From: Lama guanicoe
Taxonomy: Eukaryota
Direction of reading: 5' to 3'
DNA length: 64,000 nucleotides
NCBI GenBank assembly: GCA_013239625.1
Contig: MU053594.1
Location: forward strand, 460,355 to 524,354
A program made the position numbers and the translations under genes. Under the pieces are notes generated by a model, which was not told where the DNA came from, ran no database searches, and was given only the letters and a program-made list of their open reading frames with translations. Of the stretch, positions 25,901 through 37,246 are shown one piece after another (positions within the stretch are counted from its first letter, which is position 1; each line of letters starts with the position of its first letter).

Positions 25901-26039
25901 AGCAGATAGCTTAGCCCCATTTGATAGAAGTGGAAAGGAAGGTTCTGGATGGTTAAGTGGTGTCTTACAGTGAAAGCGACTCGGCTGATGGATGGTGGAT
26001 CAGCTCCTTTCTCTTTCAGCCCAGGACCGCTTCCTCTAG
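13990..26039 (+). CDS. TMPRSS5: Transmembrane serine protease 5 (spinesin), spliced CDS of 13 exons, 464 aa
   Basis: join(13990..13992,16255..16378,16738..16836,17368..17490,18522..18657,19007..19120,20484..20527,21187..21349,22319..22497,24095..24193,24666..24808,25080..25232,26025..26039) = 1395 nt. All phases are compatible and there is no internal stop. It has a hydrophobic TM segment, an SRCR domain, R|IVGG, TAAHC, DYDMALL, DACQGDSGGP. It matches recalled human TMPRSS5. Confidence 0.97.
14645..14750. repeat. (TTCC)n/(CTCC)n polypyrimidine microsatellite
   Basis: Direct inspection. Confidence 0.85.
14760..15260 (-). mobile_element. L2 fragment in TMPRSS5 intron 1
   Basis: cattaactgaattcccacattgtgctgggcc...tttgcattttggaaagattgctctgg. 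Confidence 0.6.
14940..15009 (+). repeat. 35-bp tandem duplication, 2 copies
   Basis: ggggacagcaggtg(g/c)ca(t/c)gcctccgtggtgtgaga x2, 2 mismatches. Confidence 0.9.
16255..16378 (+). CDS. TMPRSS5: TMPRSS5 exon 2 (cytoplasmic tail)
   Basis: ttccccag|GGC...CCCA|gtaag; [41 protein letters not shown]; 124 nt. Confidence 0.93.
16738..16836 (+). CDS. TMPRSS5: TMPRSS5 exon 3 (signal-anchor TM helix)
   Basis: cccacag|GCT...CTAG|gtcag; [23 protein letters not shown]; 99 nt. Confidence 0.95.
   Translation, partial: APGQGAGVQGGVAVRCWEPWGCWLARAWARGF
17368..17490 (+). CDS. TMPRSS5: TMPRSS5 exon 4 (stem)
   Basis: tctgaag|TG...GCAG|gtggg; [41 protein letters not shown]; 123 nt. Confidence 0.93.
17950..18330 (+). 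mobile_element. Two MIR fragments, intron 4
   Basis: gctagctgtgtgtgcctttgggtgagttactt; ccttgaacaggtcacttaacctctgcgccttaatttcct. Confidence 0.7.
18522..18657 (+). CDS. TMPRSS5: TMPRSS5 exon 5 (SRCR domain)
   Basis: tttcag|TA...CTCAG|gtaac; [46 protein letters not shown]; 136 nt. Confidence 0.95.
19007..19120 (+). CDS. TMPRSS5: TMPRSS5 exon 6 (SRCR domain)
   Basis: gccaag|ACTC...CCCAG|gtagg; [38 protein letters not shown]; 114 nt; not in the ORF track. Confidence 0.94.
19300..19510 (-). mobile_element. MIR SINE, intron 6
   Basis: cattttacaagtagggaaactgagactcagtgaggtcaag. Confidence 0.75.
20484..20527 (+). CDS. TMPRSS5: TMPRSS5 exon 7
   Basis: ttcacag|GGAC...TCTG|gtgag; [14 protein letters not shown]; 44 nt. 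Confidence 0.94.
21187..21349 (+). CDS. TMPRSS5: TMPRSS5 exon 8 (activation site, catalytic His)
   Basis: ctgcag|AG...CACAG|gcaagt (GC donor); [14 protein letters not shown]...[10 protein letters not shown]; 163 nt. Confidence 0.96.
22319..22497 (+). CDS. TMPRSS5: TMPRSS5 exon 9 (catalytic Asp)
   Basis: gtgcag|TTTC...TCAG|gtgag; [16 protein letters not shown]...[17 protein letters not shown]; 179 nt. Confidence 0.96.
24095..24193 (+). CDS. TMPRSS5: TMPRSS5 exon 10
   Basis: ccacag|ACA...CACA|gtgag; [33 protein letters not shown]; 99 nt. Confidence 0.95.
24666..24808 (+). CDS. TMPRSS5: TMPRSS5 exon 11 (S1-pocket Asp)
   Basis: cctgcag|CC...CCAG|gtgcg; [47 protein letters not shown]; 143 nt. 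Confidence 0.96.
25080..25232 (+). CDS. TMPRSS5: TMPRSS5 exon 12 (catalytic Ser)
   Basis: cctcag|GGG...GCAG|gtgaa; GDSGGPLVC...[32 protein letters not shown]; 153 nt. Confidence 0.96.
26025..26039 (+). CDS. TMPRSS5: TMPRSS5 exon 13 coding part (DRFL-stop)
   Basis: tttcagcccag|GACCGCTTCCTCTAG; corresponds to recalled human DSLL*; an alternative AG lies 5 nt upstream. Confidence 0.8.
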   Translation, partial: DRFL

Positions 26040-26730
26040 TCCTGTTGTCTCCTCCATCTCACCGCATACCAGCCTCATGTTTCCTGGGGTCTCTGGCAGG
26101 TCGACTAGATGGAGAAGGAGCAGCAGCCCTGGATGCAGAAGCCATGGATCTCTTATCACTGCACAGGAGACAGTCACCACCCAAGGGCCAGCCTCTGGAC
26201 CACAGGGCCTCTCCCCTCGGGCCCTGATTTCCAGTCCCTCTGTCTCATCAGAGAGCCTCAGTGACAGGAGAGATGCTGGGGCAGGGTTGGGAAGGTGGGG
26301 GATCTGAGGGGTCGGGGGAGGAGCTGGAGGGGAAGAGGCTGCTGGCAGCAGCTGGGAGCCTGCCCTTCTGCCCCTCCCCTCCCCAGCTCTTGTACACGTC
26401 TTTTGGGAGGATGCTCAGGGATGCCCTGGGTCTGGCTTCTCCCTGTGCTCTCAGGCGGGGCAAGTGTCTCCCTAGAAGCCCAGGCTGGGACGCTCCTGGG
26501 CAGATGGGGTCAACCAGGTTAAGCCCATGGAGTCAGGATCCTCCCAACTCTCCTGTCGATCTCACCTACTTCCTGCCCTCACCTGGCTCTGGCTGGCCTT
26601 GCTGGGGCAGGGGGCACTGTAAGAACACTCTGGTTGGTGTCGGAATTGGATGTAGGTTTTAAAATGACAGTTCTGTGAACTGGTCCAAGGACTTCCGGTA
26701 TTAAAGTGAAGTGATGTATGGTCTTGGTCG
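26040..26730 (+). other. TMPRSS5: TMPRSS5 3'UTR
   Basis: Runs from the stop codon to ATTAAA plus ~20-25 nt; resembles the recalled end of the human 3'UTR (ttttaaaatgacagttctgtgaactggtccaagg...attaaagtga). Confidence 0.75.
26700..26705 (+). terminator. Polyadenylation signal ATTAAA
   Basis: ggtATTAAAgtg at the expected transcript end. Confidence 0.75.
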
Positions 26731-29700
26731 CATCCTCCTTCCAACCCCACTTCGCTTTCTCACAGACACATTAAGGAGTAGTAGAATTACAGTTGTCCTC
26801 CGATACATGTTTCTTGAAGCTCTGGAACTGATTCCTACTCATCTCTCGAGAATTTTGGCATATACCCATTTATATAATTCTTTACATCTATTAAAGCTGC
26901 ATGTCCTGATTGGCCACAGAAAGCCCCAGCCGTCCAGGGGCTCTGATGCTGCAAGTGTGACTGTCACTGAGTCAGAGCTCCCTCGGGGAGGGTGCTCCCC
27001 ACAAGACCCCCCCCTCTCCTTAGCTCTCCTTTAAGAACTGAGCCTTCGGCTCAGGGAGGTGTTTTTCTGCACTTCTGCCCAGTTAGCATTTTCCTCGTTA
27101 AGCTTCCCTGCCACTCTCTCCTCTCTAGCAATTACAATGCAATTGGCATCTTGTTTCTAAAAACTGCAATGAATTTTTTATGGTGCTTACCCAAGGAAAT
27201 GCAATTAGCGTTCAGCAATAACACAACTTTTTCGTGAGTTTATCAGCATTTTTTTTTTTAGGGGGTAGTACAAATGAATATTCATTCCTGGAGGGTCGGC
27301 TTCCTTTGCATGAAGGGCACTCAAAAAAAAAGGGCCTCAATCTACAGTCGTTTTATTACCTGGGGAAGTGGTTGCTGGGAGTCCGCTGCCAGACTGCAGA
27401 AGCAGTGTGGGAGAGGCCCGGGCAGGTGGCAGCCAGCCTCACGCTCTGTTCTTAGAGCCCCAGCCTCCAGCCTCCATCCCGAGACCAGCATTTACTCCCT
27501 GATCTTGTGAAGTCTCAGGGCTGCGGCTCCCCCTGGGTTGGGGAGTTACCAGCACATCCATCAGTGATGCTCTTTTTTTGGGTTTCTGATGTCCTCCTCA
27601 TACGAATTTGCTTATTTAAAGGGAGGTTTTTACTCACCACGGTCATTATGACCTGTTAATCTTCAGTAACTCTTGGAGCCTACTTTCTCACACGTGGCAT
27701 CTCATTTAAATCCCACACCATCTCTGTGGCGCAGAGATTATTATTGTGCCCATTTCACAGGCGAGAAAATTAGTTCAGAAAGATTAAGTGACTCCCCCAG
27801 GACCAGCCAGCTAATCAGTGCCAAAGCCCGGATGTGAGCCTGGGGTCTTTTTACTCCAAATCCACATCCCGGTTTTGCACGTGGATGAGCGAGATGGTCC
27901 AACACCGCACAGAAGGACAGGCCTGGAAGGCACTCATCACCTGGTTTAGTCCCCTGCCGACAGTAGTGCTTTGCCATCCCTACCTTTTATAGGTGAGGAA
28001 ACCAGAATCTGGGAAGCGGCTGCTGCCAGAGACCCTTCCTGGGCACTATTCTTGCAGATTTCCAGTTCTGCGTGGTCTGACTTAAATGTAACAAGTGAGC
28101 ATCTTCCACAGGAGGACGGTAAAGAGAACGCTCATTAGAGAATTTGCTAATAGCGAATCCCCAGTTACCGATAGAAGGTCCCTGTAACTTTCGCTGGGCG
28201 ACCAGTCAGATCTACAGACTCAGAGGCTCTCGCTTGCCCTTCCTGTGCTGGCATCTGCCACTCCAGTGCTTAGGAAAGTGAGGAGAAGTGAGTGCCCTGG
28301 GCTGGCTGCTGGAGAGCAGGGCTGGAGATGGGGGCAAGGAAGGATGGGAAGATTCAGGTCCAGAAGGATTTTAATGAGGACCAGCTGGGTGCCCAGCTGT
28401 GTTAAGCTCAGCAGGGAACTCAGAGCTAGAGAAGCCGGCTGGCTGCCGTATTGGAGTGGTGAGACTTATTTTCAACAAATGATTAGTGGCCAGCCAGGCA
28501 CAAAGCTGAGTGGTGAGGCAGTAATTGCTAAGGGAGCTCCAAGGACCCATTGTTGACTAAGTCAGGGTGTTTCTGTGTGTGCAGGAAGCCTGTCTCTCCC
28601 CCCAAGGATTCAGCGTCCCACCTGGGATGCCTGGGCGGAGCTTGTCAGCCTCCTGAGACGCCCCTGGAGGGGGACTCCTGGCTGCCAGGTCCAGGGCAGA
28701 GCCCTTCTCTGTGCTTTTGGGGTCTGGAGGGTCCAGTAGGGTGCAGACTCTCCTTGTGAGACTTTTGCTGGCGTCCCGCTTCTCCTAGGAGTTGCTATGA
28801 ACAAGGGGACAGCCCCATCGTTCCCTGGGAACATTTCTCAGGCTCTTGCCTGCATTTTATTTTTGGAGGAACTGGGCTCACCCACAATAGGACAAAACCG
28901 GAAATGCTACAAATGCTGACAGCTGGTACAGTAGCCGTCAGGAGATGGTTTTCCATCTCCATTGTTTTCTCTCTTCTCCCTTCTCTGCGCTCTCCTGGTG
29001 GTGCACGTAGGACCCTCAAAAGGGAACTCACCTATACCTGCTCCTAGGCTCCAGCCTCCCTCAGCACCCTAGGTTTGATCCCTCCCCACCTTCCTACTCA
29101 GACACACTGGGATGGATCTTTGGGTTTGCTTCATGCCTGGGGCTCTTCTTCCTGCTAAACTGCTGGGAACCCAGTGTGGTTAATGGCTCTTTAAACTGTG
29201 TCTTAAACAGCTCCATTTCTAGGAAGTCTCCAGGTAGCAGGTGGGGAGTAGCTTCCTGCTGAGGGGTGAGGCTGGTTTTTCTTACACATTCCAAGGCCAA
29301 GAAAGGGACGGGTGGAGCCTGCAGGCACCCTCTGCAGGGTTCCAGCACCCCGGAAGCCCCAGGGCAGGGCAGTACTGGGGCTGGTGCTGGAGTGGACCAA
29401 GGTGGGGACTCAAACAGAAGAGAGAGAGGAGTCCTGGTTCCAGAAGGTGCGATCTCCCACTCAGGTGCCTCTCCCAGAGTAGCATGTGGGTTCCAGGAAG
29501 ACAGTGGCTTTCCTAAGGCTGGGCTTATCTTGTGAGCATCCTCCTGTCCAAGGAAGCTCTGGCTGTGGCATCTGATAGTGGACAGTTCCATCTGGGTCTC
29601 CAACCACTTGAGAACATGCTGTCCTGAGCTAGTAACAGCCTCCCCGGAGTCTGGTCTCCCACCAATCAAATAAGGGGTTTGGGCGAGGCCGTCTCCATGG

Positions 29701-31744
29701 GGTCTGCCTTGTCAGGCTAGCTTTAACGCAAACCTCTGTTGCCTCTGGAGACACCTGCCTTCCCCACAAAGTGCTGTTGGTCACCCGTGGAGAAGAGCTT
29801 CTTCCTAGGGACAGATCTAAGGCAACCAGCTTGCTCTGGCATCCCTGCCCCACTGAGTCCCTGGGAGGATGGGGCATCAGGCAGAAGACCTTAAAACCGT
29901 CTTTCTCATCTCCTTCTGCCCCGTGTTTGTACCCTGGCAAAGGGTTCAAGAACAGGTTTTCTCAGGGGCTACCCAGCTCCCTTCCCAACACCCCAGGCTC
30001 TGGGTGGGGCACCCTGAGCACCAGCTCCTTGAAGACAGTCAGGAAACTTCCTTCCTGCCTCGAAGACCACGGGCACCTTCCTTCTGCCTCCTCTCCCTTG
30101 ACAGCTCCTAAACTGCCCATGGGCCCCTCTGCTCACTAGCCTTTCCTCCTGCAGGTGGTCAGTAATGAAGGAAGTTTTCGGCCCACGGAACCATTACCAG
30201 GCAACTTGGGTCTAGGTCATCCTCTCTCCCGAGCCATGTGCCAGGTTCACAGAGGGTCCCTCAGGGTGACCCCCACCTTTCCGGGTTGCCCAGGACTGCC
30301 CAAGTTTTTAACACCAAAAGCCCCAGGTCCCCAGAAACCCTGCAGTCCTGGGCGAACCACCGGGACCGTGGGTCACGCTAAGTCCATTGCCTGTCTTCTG
30401 TAGAAAAGATGTTCTGCAAAATCCAGTGTCGCTTGGCCACCTCTGGTCCCTCTTTGGTCTGAATGAGCTTAAAGGAAGCCTTCCCTGGTGGCCCAGAGTT
30501 GCAGGGGGAGAAGGCTCCAGGGAATTCTCGAGATCCAAACTGATTTGCCAGACTCCCACATCGGCAGATGCTGCCTGGGCCCAGGGGCTGCTGGAGCGGG
30601 AGTCCCCACTTCCCATGGCCCACAGCTGACCTGGCCGCCCCTCCCTCCCCTCGCCGGCTTCTCATCCAGCAACCAGGGCAGCCAGACCTCATCCTGCCTG
30701 ATGTTTTGAGCCAACATTCCTGCCTGGGGAGCTCTCCTGCAGTTTTGAGAGGCAGACACCCTGCTGCTTCTATAATCCGTGGATATTGACTTCCCGGATT
30801 CCCCAGGTCTCACTGATTTCTGGTTCCCAGAGCCTGGTATGGGGCTCAGCATGTGGCAGGTGCTCATGGAGCCCACTGGGAAGGAGGAGATGCGGGGGTG
30901 GGGATGAGGGAAGGCCGCCACCCCTACCGGACCTGGGCAGGTCTCTCCTCCTGGCCTCTGCCTTCCGGAGGGAATCAGAGAGGAGCAAAAAGAGACTGCC
31001 AGACTGCAGGATCCCACAGGGGTTTGGGGGGTTTGTTTTTCCTCCACACTGTCTGCAGAGGTGAGAGCATGAATAAAAGAGTGAGGAAGATTTACTGTTC
31101 CCACAGCCTGGCGGTAGCCCTGTGTTTGCACAGCGGATCCAGGGGAGGAGGGGCTGGAGCAGGTGGGGAGCGATGCTGGGACTCAGGGAACATCAGACTC
31201 TTGCCAGTCTTCCTGCAAGGCCCCTGGGGTGGGGAGCCGAAAGTGAGGCTGGGAGGGGTGGACCTAGGCCAGCTCTCCAGAGTGACCCCTCCCCCCGCCC
31301 TCCAGCCTCCCCCCTGCAGGAACCAATAGCAGACAGCTTGGGCCCCAGAATCTCTAAACCCAAGGCCACGTGGTGGGCCTGACATGGTGCTGCCAACGGG
31401 GAGCCCCAAAAGAAGGGACTTCAGGCTGGGCTAATGTGTTGTGGCCTTGGTAATGGACACAACAGAGAAATGACTTTTCCCATGGCCCAGCCTGGCCTGG
31501 GGCTGGCATGAGGACCCTTTCTGCTGAAAGTGACCAGGACAGGGTCCAGTGTTACCTCTGCACGTATGTCCAAGACTATACGGCCCGTGTCTTGATGACA
31601 TTGTACAGTTCCCAAGGCCACCAAAAGATGGGTCACTTTTTGTCCAAAGTCAATTTTAATGGGTCACACCGGTGATGGGAGGAGCAGAAGAGAGGAAAGT
31701 CTGGGGGACTTGGGGAGGTGGCCACTGGGAGATGAGGTGACCCG

Positions 31745-31900
31745 TATTGTGTGTGTGGGTGTCTGTGTGCCTGTGGGTTCCTGTGTCTGCATGTGTGTAT
31801 GTGTGTATGTGTGTGTGCACGTGTGTATCTGTGAGTGTCTGGGTGTATTTTTGTGTGTCTGTGTATTTGTGTGTGCCTTTGTGTCTGAGTGTGTGTGCTT
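31745..31900. repeat. Imperfect (TG)n low-complexity tract
   Basis: Direct inspection. Confidence 0.85.
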
Positions 31901-32333
31901 AAGTTCTCTGGCAGGAGGAGGGGGCAGGAGACACAAGGAGTCTGGGGGAAGGCGCTACAGAATTCGTCCCCTAACCCTGAAGAGGCAGATCTCACCGGCC
32001 AGTTTCCACATACAGAGGTCCCCCCCACCTTTACGGCCCCCTCCATGGACAGTGTCAGGGGATTTCTCAGGCAGAGTACTTCTTCCTCACCAAAAACGCC
32101 CTTGTTCTTCAGAGCCACCACGCTCACCACCCCCTCTCTCTCTCTCTCACACACACACACACCCTTAGCACTCTACCCCGGCAGGCCTGGTCATAAATTA
32201 CTACCCAGAATTAATCACAGCGGTCATCTGTCAGAATACAGACCTGCAGTAGCATGGGTGTGGGGTTGGGGGTGTGGTCATGTCCCCACAGGGGCTTCTG
32301 AATCTTAAGTCACCCTCTCCAGACGGCTTCCCC

Positions 32334-32720
32334 CAAGCCCACTTTGCCATTTGTGGGGCCTAGGGCAAGGGTGTGCGCGGAAGGCCACATACCATGTACC
32401 TAAAGAGTTAAAAGTAACACACCAAACTAACAAGCTGTTAAATTAAAAATGTTCTCTCTTTTTGCCATGACAAATATACCTTCCTAAGGATGTGGACGGC
32501 CACATTCAAGTTGGGAATCCTTGAGTCTCTGGCTTCTGTCCTGGAGCACAGTGGGATGGGAGGGCCTACACAGGCCACGTGGGGGCCAAGCGGGCACCCG
32601 CCCTGCCCTCAGGGAGAGAGGCCTGGGCAGCCTCAGGGCCACTTGAATTCCAGGAAGGGCCGCACGGGCTCTGGGTGGGCACGTCACCTCAACCCTGTGA
32701 GCCTCTCCCCTCAGGGGCGG
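32334..32720 (+). mobile_element. hAT-Tip100 DNA transposon remnant (Zaphod/MER115-like)
   Basis: tttgccatttgtggggcctagggcaag...ccacataccat...aagctgttaaatt...tgacaaatataccttc matches recalled consensus. Confidence 0.6.
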
Positions 32721-32744
32721 TCTGACCAGAAAGGGCTAGTCTGC

Positions 32745-33260
32745 TTACAGCAGCCAAGACACGGAAGCGACCTGAAAGTCCATCAACAGATGAACGGTGA
32801 AGAAGATGTAGTAGATACATACAATGGAATGTGACTCCGCCATAAAAGGAATGAAATAATGCCATGTGCAGCAACACGGATGGAGGTGATCATACTAAGT
32901 GAAGTAAGTCAGACCGAGAAAGACAAATACGGTATCACTTCCATGTGGAATCTAAAAAAATGACACAAATGAACTTATTTCCAAAGCGAAAACAGACTCA
33001 CAGACATAGAAAACAAACCTACAGTTACTAAAGGGGAAAGAGGGGGAGAGGGATAAATTAGGAGTCTGGGGTTAGCAGACATGAGCTACTGTATATAAAA
33101 CAGATAAACAACAGGGTCTGACTGTGTAGCACCAAGCTATATTCAATAGCTTGTAATACCTAGAATGAAGAAGAACATGAATATATGAATAACTAAATCA
33201 CTATGCTGTACGCCAGAAACTAACACAACATTGTAAGTCAACTAAACTTTGATTAAAAAC
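32745..33260 (+). mobile_element. 5'-truncated L1 3' end
   Basis: gccaagacacggaagc...ctaagtgaagtaagtcagaccgagaaagacaaatac...aactaacacaacattgtaagtcaacta, A-rich end. Confidence 0.9.
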
Positions 33261-33857
33261 AAGGGCCAGGACAGCAGGGCTGGGACAAGGGTGGGGCAGG
33301 TGAGGCAGGCTCTTGGGGTCACAGGGGGCAGGCTGGCTGCTGCCTCACCCTGGTGTCCCTACAGCACAGGGTCCTACAGAGCCAGCAGCCCAGAGCTGGG
33401 GGGGCTTGTCGTGTCTGGTCTCCGTGGGAGTTGAAATTGATTCCAGCCCATCAAGGGAGGCAGAGGGAAGATCACAGAAGTAGAGGGTCCCCCTGTGCAC
33501 CCCGACTCCTCTGCAGTATTATGAAGCACCCCGGCCACATTTCGGGGAGCTCCACTTCCACCCCAGCCGAGCCCCTGTGGTGGTCCACGGGCTCACGCCT
33601 GGTGGAAAAATACCCAGAAGGATTCACTAGGAATTCCACTCACGTGCTTTCTCGGAAATTAATTGAGATAAACACGGACCAAATGGCTGGTGTACAAACA
33701 GACTGCACCCCAGGGCTCTCTCACGGAACAGAACTCAATTCACACTACGGTGGGTCAAGGCTAATCAGAAACACGGATGTGCAGGGTCACGGAAAGGGTA
33801 CGGGAGAGGAGCTGGGGTGTGAATCTGTCAGCATGTTGGAGAGATGGGGATTAAACT

Positions 33858-34246
33858 CATTACGGACTGGATTGTAGCCCCCTTTCCCCACCCTCTTCCC
33901 AGTGCATGTGTTGAGGCCCCAACCCTTCATGTGACTGTATTTGGAGTAGGGCCTTTAGGGAGGTGGTTTAGGTTAAATGAGATCTTAAGGGGAAGACCCT
34001 AATCCGATAGGACCGGGGTCCTTTTAAGAAGAGGAAGGGACACCAGAGCTCTCTCTCTTTTCTCCATCACACGGAGAAGAGGCCATGTGAAGACACAGCA
34101 CGCCGGGAGGGAGTTCTCACCAGAAACCCGCCCTGCGGGTACCTTGATCTTGGACTTCCAGCCTCCAGAGCTGTGAGAAATAGATTTCTGTGCTTTAAGC
34201 CACCCAGGCTGTGGCTTTCTGTATGGAGCCCCTAGCAGACTAACAG
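33858..34246 (+). mobile_element. MLT1 (MaLR) LTR, MLT1B-like
   Basis: accttgatcttggacttccagcctccagagctgtgagaaatagatttctg...gcagactaaca. Confidence 0.88.
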
Positions 34247-36196
34247 AAAACCAAATCACTGTAGAAGACACTCATAAAACAGTAGAATAAACGCTACAGT
34301 AGCTCAGGGTACCCCAGCCTGATATGGAGCGGGCAGCTCGGGCATTCGGTTTAACCAGGTGTAGGAGGCATTCAGGGGAGGCTGGGCGGGAGGAGAGAAG
34401 AGGGCTGGCCTTGGTGCCCTGAAGTCTGGGTCCTACCCTGGCTTCCATCGCTTGTTAACGAGCCCAGCTGTTGCTGCACTTTGCTGAGTTTATATTTTCT
34501 CCTCTATGTAATGGGATTAATAATACGTATCCCGTGTAACTCACAAGAGTAGTAAATTAAACAAGGGGAAGGCTTTGGAGACTGCGCGGAGCTAGGCAAA
34601 TGTAAAGGGCTGCTGTTTCCGACCTGTAGGGGCAAATCTCCCTGATGTCTTATCCGTTCAGTCAAACCCCATTTACTGAGTGTCCTCTTGACCTTACATG
34701 CCCTCTACGCCTTGAATAAAATAGCACTGCTTTCAGGAAGGTTATGATCTAGTTGGGAACAGACACGAAAAACAGGTTGTATTTATTATTTGCTGAGCAG
34801 CACAAATATGGAATATTTTGAAAGAATTTGCTACAACCACGTTAGGACCATTTACAAACAGACGCTTGTTGCCAAGAAGGAATTGATGTGGTAAATGTGG
34901 AAATTTCCCACCTAGTGTATCAGCAGACAAGGTTTGAAAGAAACAAATGGAGGCAAATAATGTTTCGATCGTAACCTCACAAGTGTGGTTTCCATACCAA
35001 CACATTTTTGTGCAGAATGAAAAGCCCAAGACAAAATGCTGCCTCGAATTCACAATATGGCTAGCCTTGGTTGAATCACGTTTTTAAATAGAAAAGGTGA
35101 ACGCCCCTCTTCCCCCAACCAGTGCCTGGCCAAAGCGTGCATGCTCCCAAGGACGTACACAAAAACACAATGGTGGGTAAACAGGGTCCTCAGAGGGGTC
35201 AGATCAGGCTTTTCTTGGGATCCTGGGTTCTAACCCTGGCCCATCACTTTATGTCTCTGGGTCTCAGTTTCTTCATCTGTATAATAGGAGTAATACTGCC
35301 TTGTAAGGTTTATTATCATGAAATCAAAATGAGATCAAATGTATTGTTGTCTTGAAAGAGCAAGTAACAAGAGCAGCTGCACAGGTGGTCCAGAACATAG
35401 CTCCATCTGGAAGGGCTTTTTCCACGCCTCCAGGAGGTGGGCAGGCAGAGCGCAGGGGCTGCAGGTGAGTTCTGTGCCTGTCTTGTCAGTCCCATCACCC
35501 TGGAGGACCCAGTCCTGCAGCATCTCTCCTGCTGGCCTCTGACCCTCCCTTCCTCTCTCCTTGCAGTCCTCCTTTCTCTCCTCTTCCTTTCCCTCTTCCC
35601 TCCCTCCTTCCCACCTTCCTTTCCTTTGTTCTTATTAGCATCTGCAGTGTGCCAGACTGTAAAGATAAATATCTCGCTGTTTTAGTAGAAGCTCGAAGTC
35701 CTGCGGGAACTTGGAGACGGGGCGGGGCCAGGAGTCAGGTGCGACAGGAGCGCGGAGAAGGTGTGGCGCTGGGAAAGGAGATTCTGCTTGAGTTGGAACT
35801 TGACTGATGAACGTCAGTTGAGTTGGGGCAGGGGGGCAGCGGGACGTGGCTGGGAGAGGAAGAGAGAATGAGGGCATTTTGGGTCAAGGCAACAGCACGA
35901 GATGCCTGACATTTCTGGGAAATACCACATAGTTCTGTGCAGGTGGCCTATGACTATGGACCAGGAGCAGGTCTGATGCCAGTGAACGATATGTGGGAAC
36001 AAGCCAAGGAGTCCTCACTTTGCTTTAGGGGAAATGTAAAGAGAAAGTAGTGAAGCAGGAGAGAGTGGTGTTCATATACCATGGGAGCCTGTGAGTATGT
36101 CGTGGAGAGTGTATAATGCTTGGGAGAGGCATGCAGGTGGGTTGGGGGCCCTGGCACAGCATTATAACTACTAGAGTAGGATTTCAAACTTCTGTT

Positions 36197-36409
36197 ATTT
36201 TTTAAATTTTTTTTGGAGGGGGAGGTAATTAGTGATTTCTTTGTTTGTTTGTTTATTTATTTAAATAGAGGTACAGGGATTGCTTTTGTTAAATAAAATA
36301 TTGATGGTTAGAAAAAAAAATAAAATAAATAGAGGTACAGGGGACTGAACCCAGGACCTTGTGCTCATGCTAAGCATGCACTCTACCACTGAGCTCTACC
36401 CTCCCCCCC
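36197..36409 (-). mobile_element. Vic-1-type tRNA-derived SINE (camelid), with an internal insertion
   Basis: Reverse complement GGGAGGGTAGAGCTCAGTGGTAGAGTGCATGCTTAGCATG...GGTCCTGGGTTCAGTCCCC (A and B boxes), 3' CTAATTACCTCCCCC + A tail; TSD tcaaac(t/g)tct(g/t)tt at 36184-36196 and 36412-36424. Confidence 0.85.
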
Positions 36410-36880
36410 ACTCAAACGTCTTTTAAAGATAAAATCTTTATTTGGAACCTTCAAATCGATGAGCCAAAAGCAATGTTTTGGTAGCGTGCATTTATTTACA
36501 GTTCCAAACTGGTGACACCTGCTTAGCATAAAATCAGCGTGAATGATGGTGTCATTTTGCAATCAAAGTTATAGCCAGGGGCCGTCCATCAAATTGCAGA
36601 GTCAGACGGCTTCTGGACCCCGTTTACCTGCAGGCTTTGGTGTGGTGGCAGAGTACCAGGAAACCCTGACTTCTGCAGTTGAGTAGTTGCTAATAGCAAC
36701 AGGATTTTTCACAGCTTGACTTTTAGTCTTAGGGCACTCTTTAATTAAAAGAGGAAAACCTCATTCAGAGGCTTGTATAAAAAGGAGTTAATTCTGTATC
36801 TTAAGTTAATGGGCTGATGGTCTCCATAGACCAAAATTGGGTATAAAACATTTTCATTATGATTTTGTTTGTTTAAAATA

Positions 36881-37246
36881 TGTCTTAGCTGGGGCTATCA
36901 TAACAAAATACTGTACGCTGGGTGCCTTGAACAACGGAAATGTATTTTCTCATAGTTCTGGAGGATGGAAAGTCCTAAGATCAAGGTCTAGAAGGGTTTG
37001 GTTTCTGGTGAGGCTGCTCTTCCTGGCGTATAAATGGTCACTTTCTTGTCATGTCCTCACATGATGGAGAGAGAGTTCTGGTTTCTCTTCCTATGAGGAC
37101 ACCAGGTCCATCATGGGGTCCCTACCCTTGTTACCTCATCCAAACCTAATTATCTCCCAAAGGCCTCATCTCCAAATACCATCACATTGGGGGTTAGAGC
37201 TTCCACATGTGAATTTTGGGGGATCACAAACATTTAGTCCATAACA
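36881..37246 (-). mobile_element. MLT1A-like MaLR LTR
   Basis: tgtcttag...catagttctggagg...tctccaaataccatcacattggggg...gtccataaca. Confidence 0.88.

Noticed and set aside
36340..36409. tRNA-like sequence
   Set aside because: It is the head of the SINE (tail and TSD present), not a tRNA gene.
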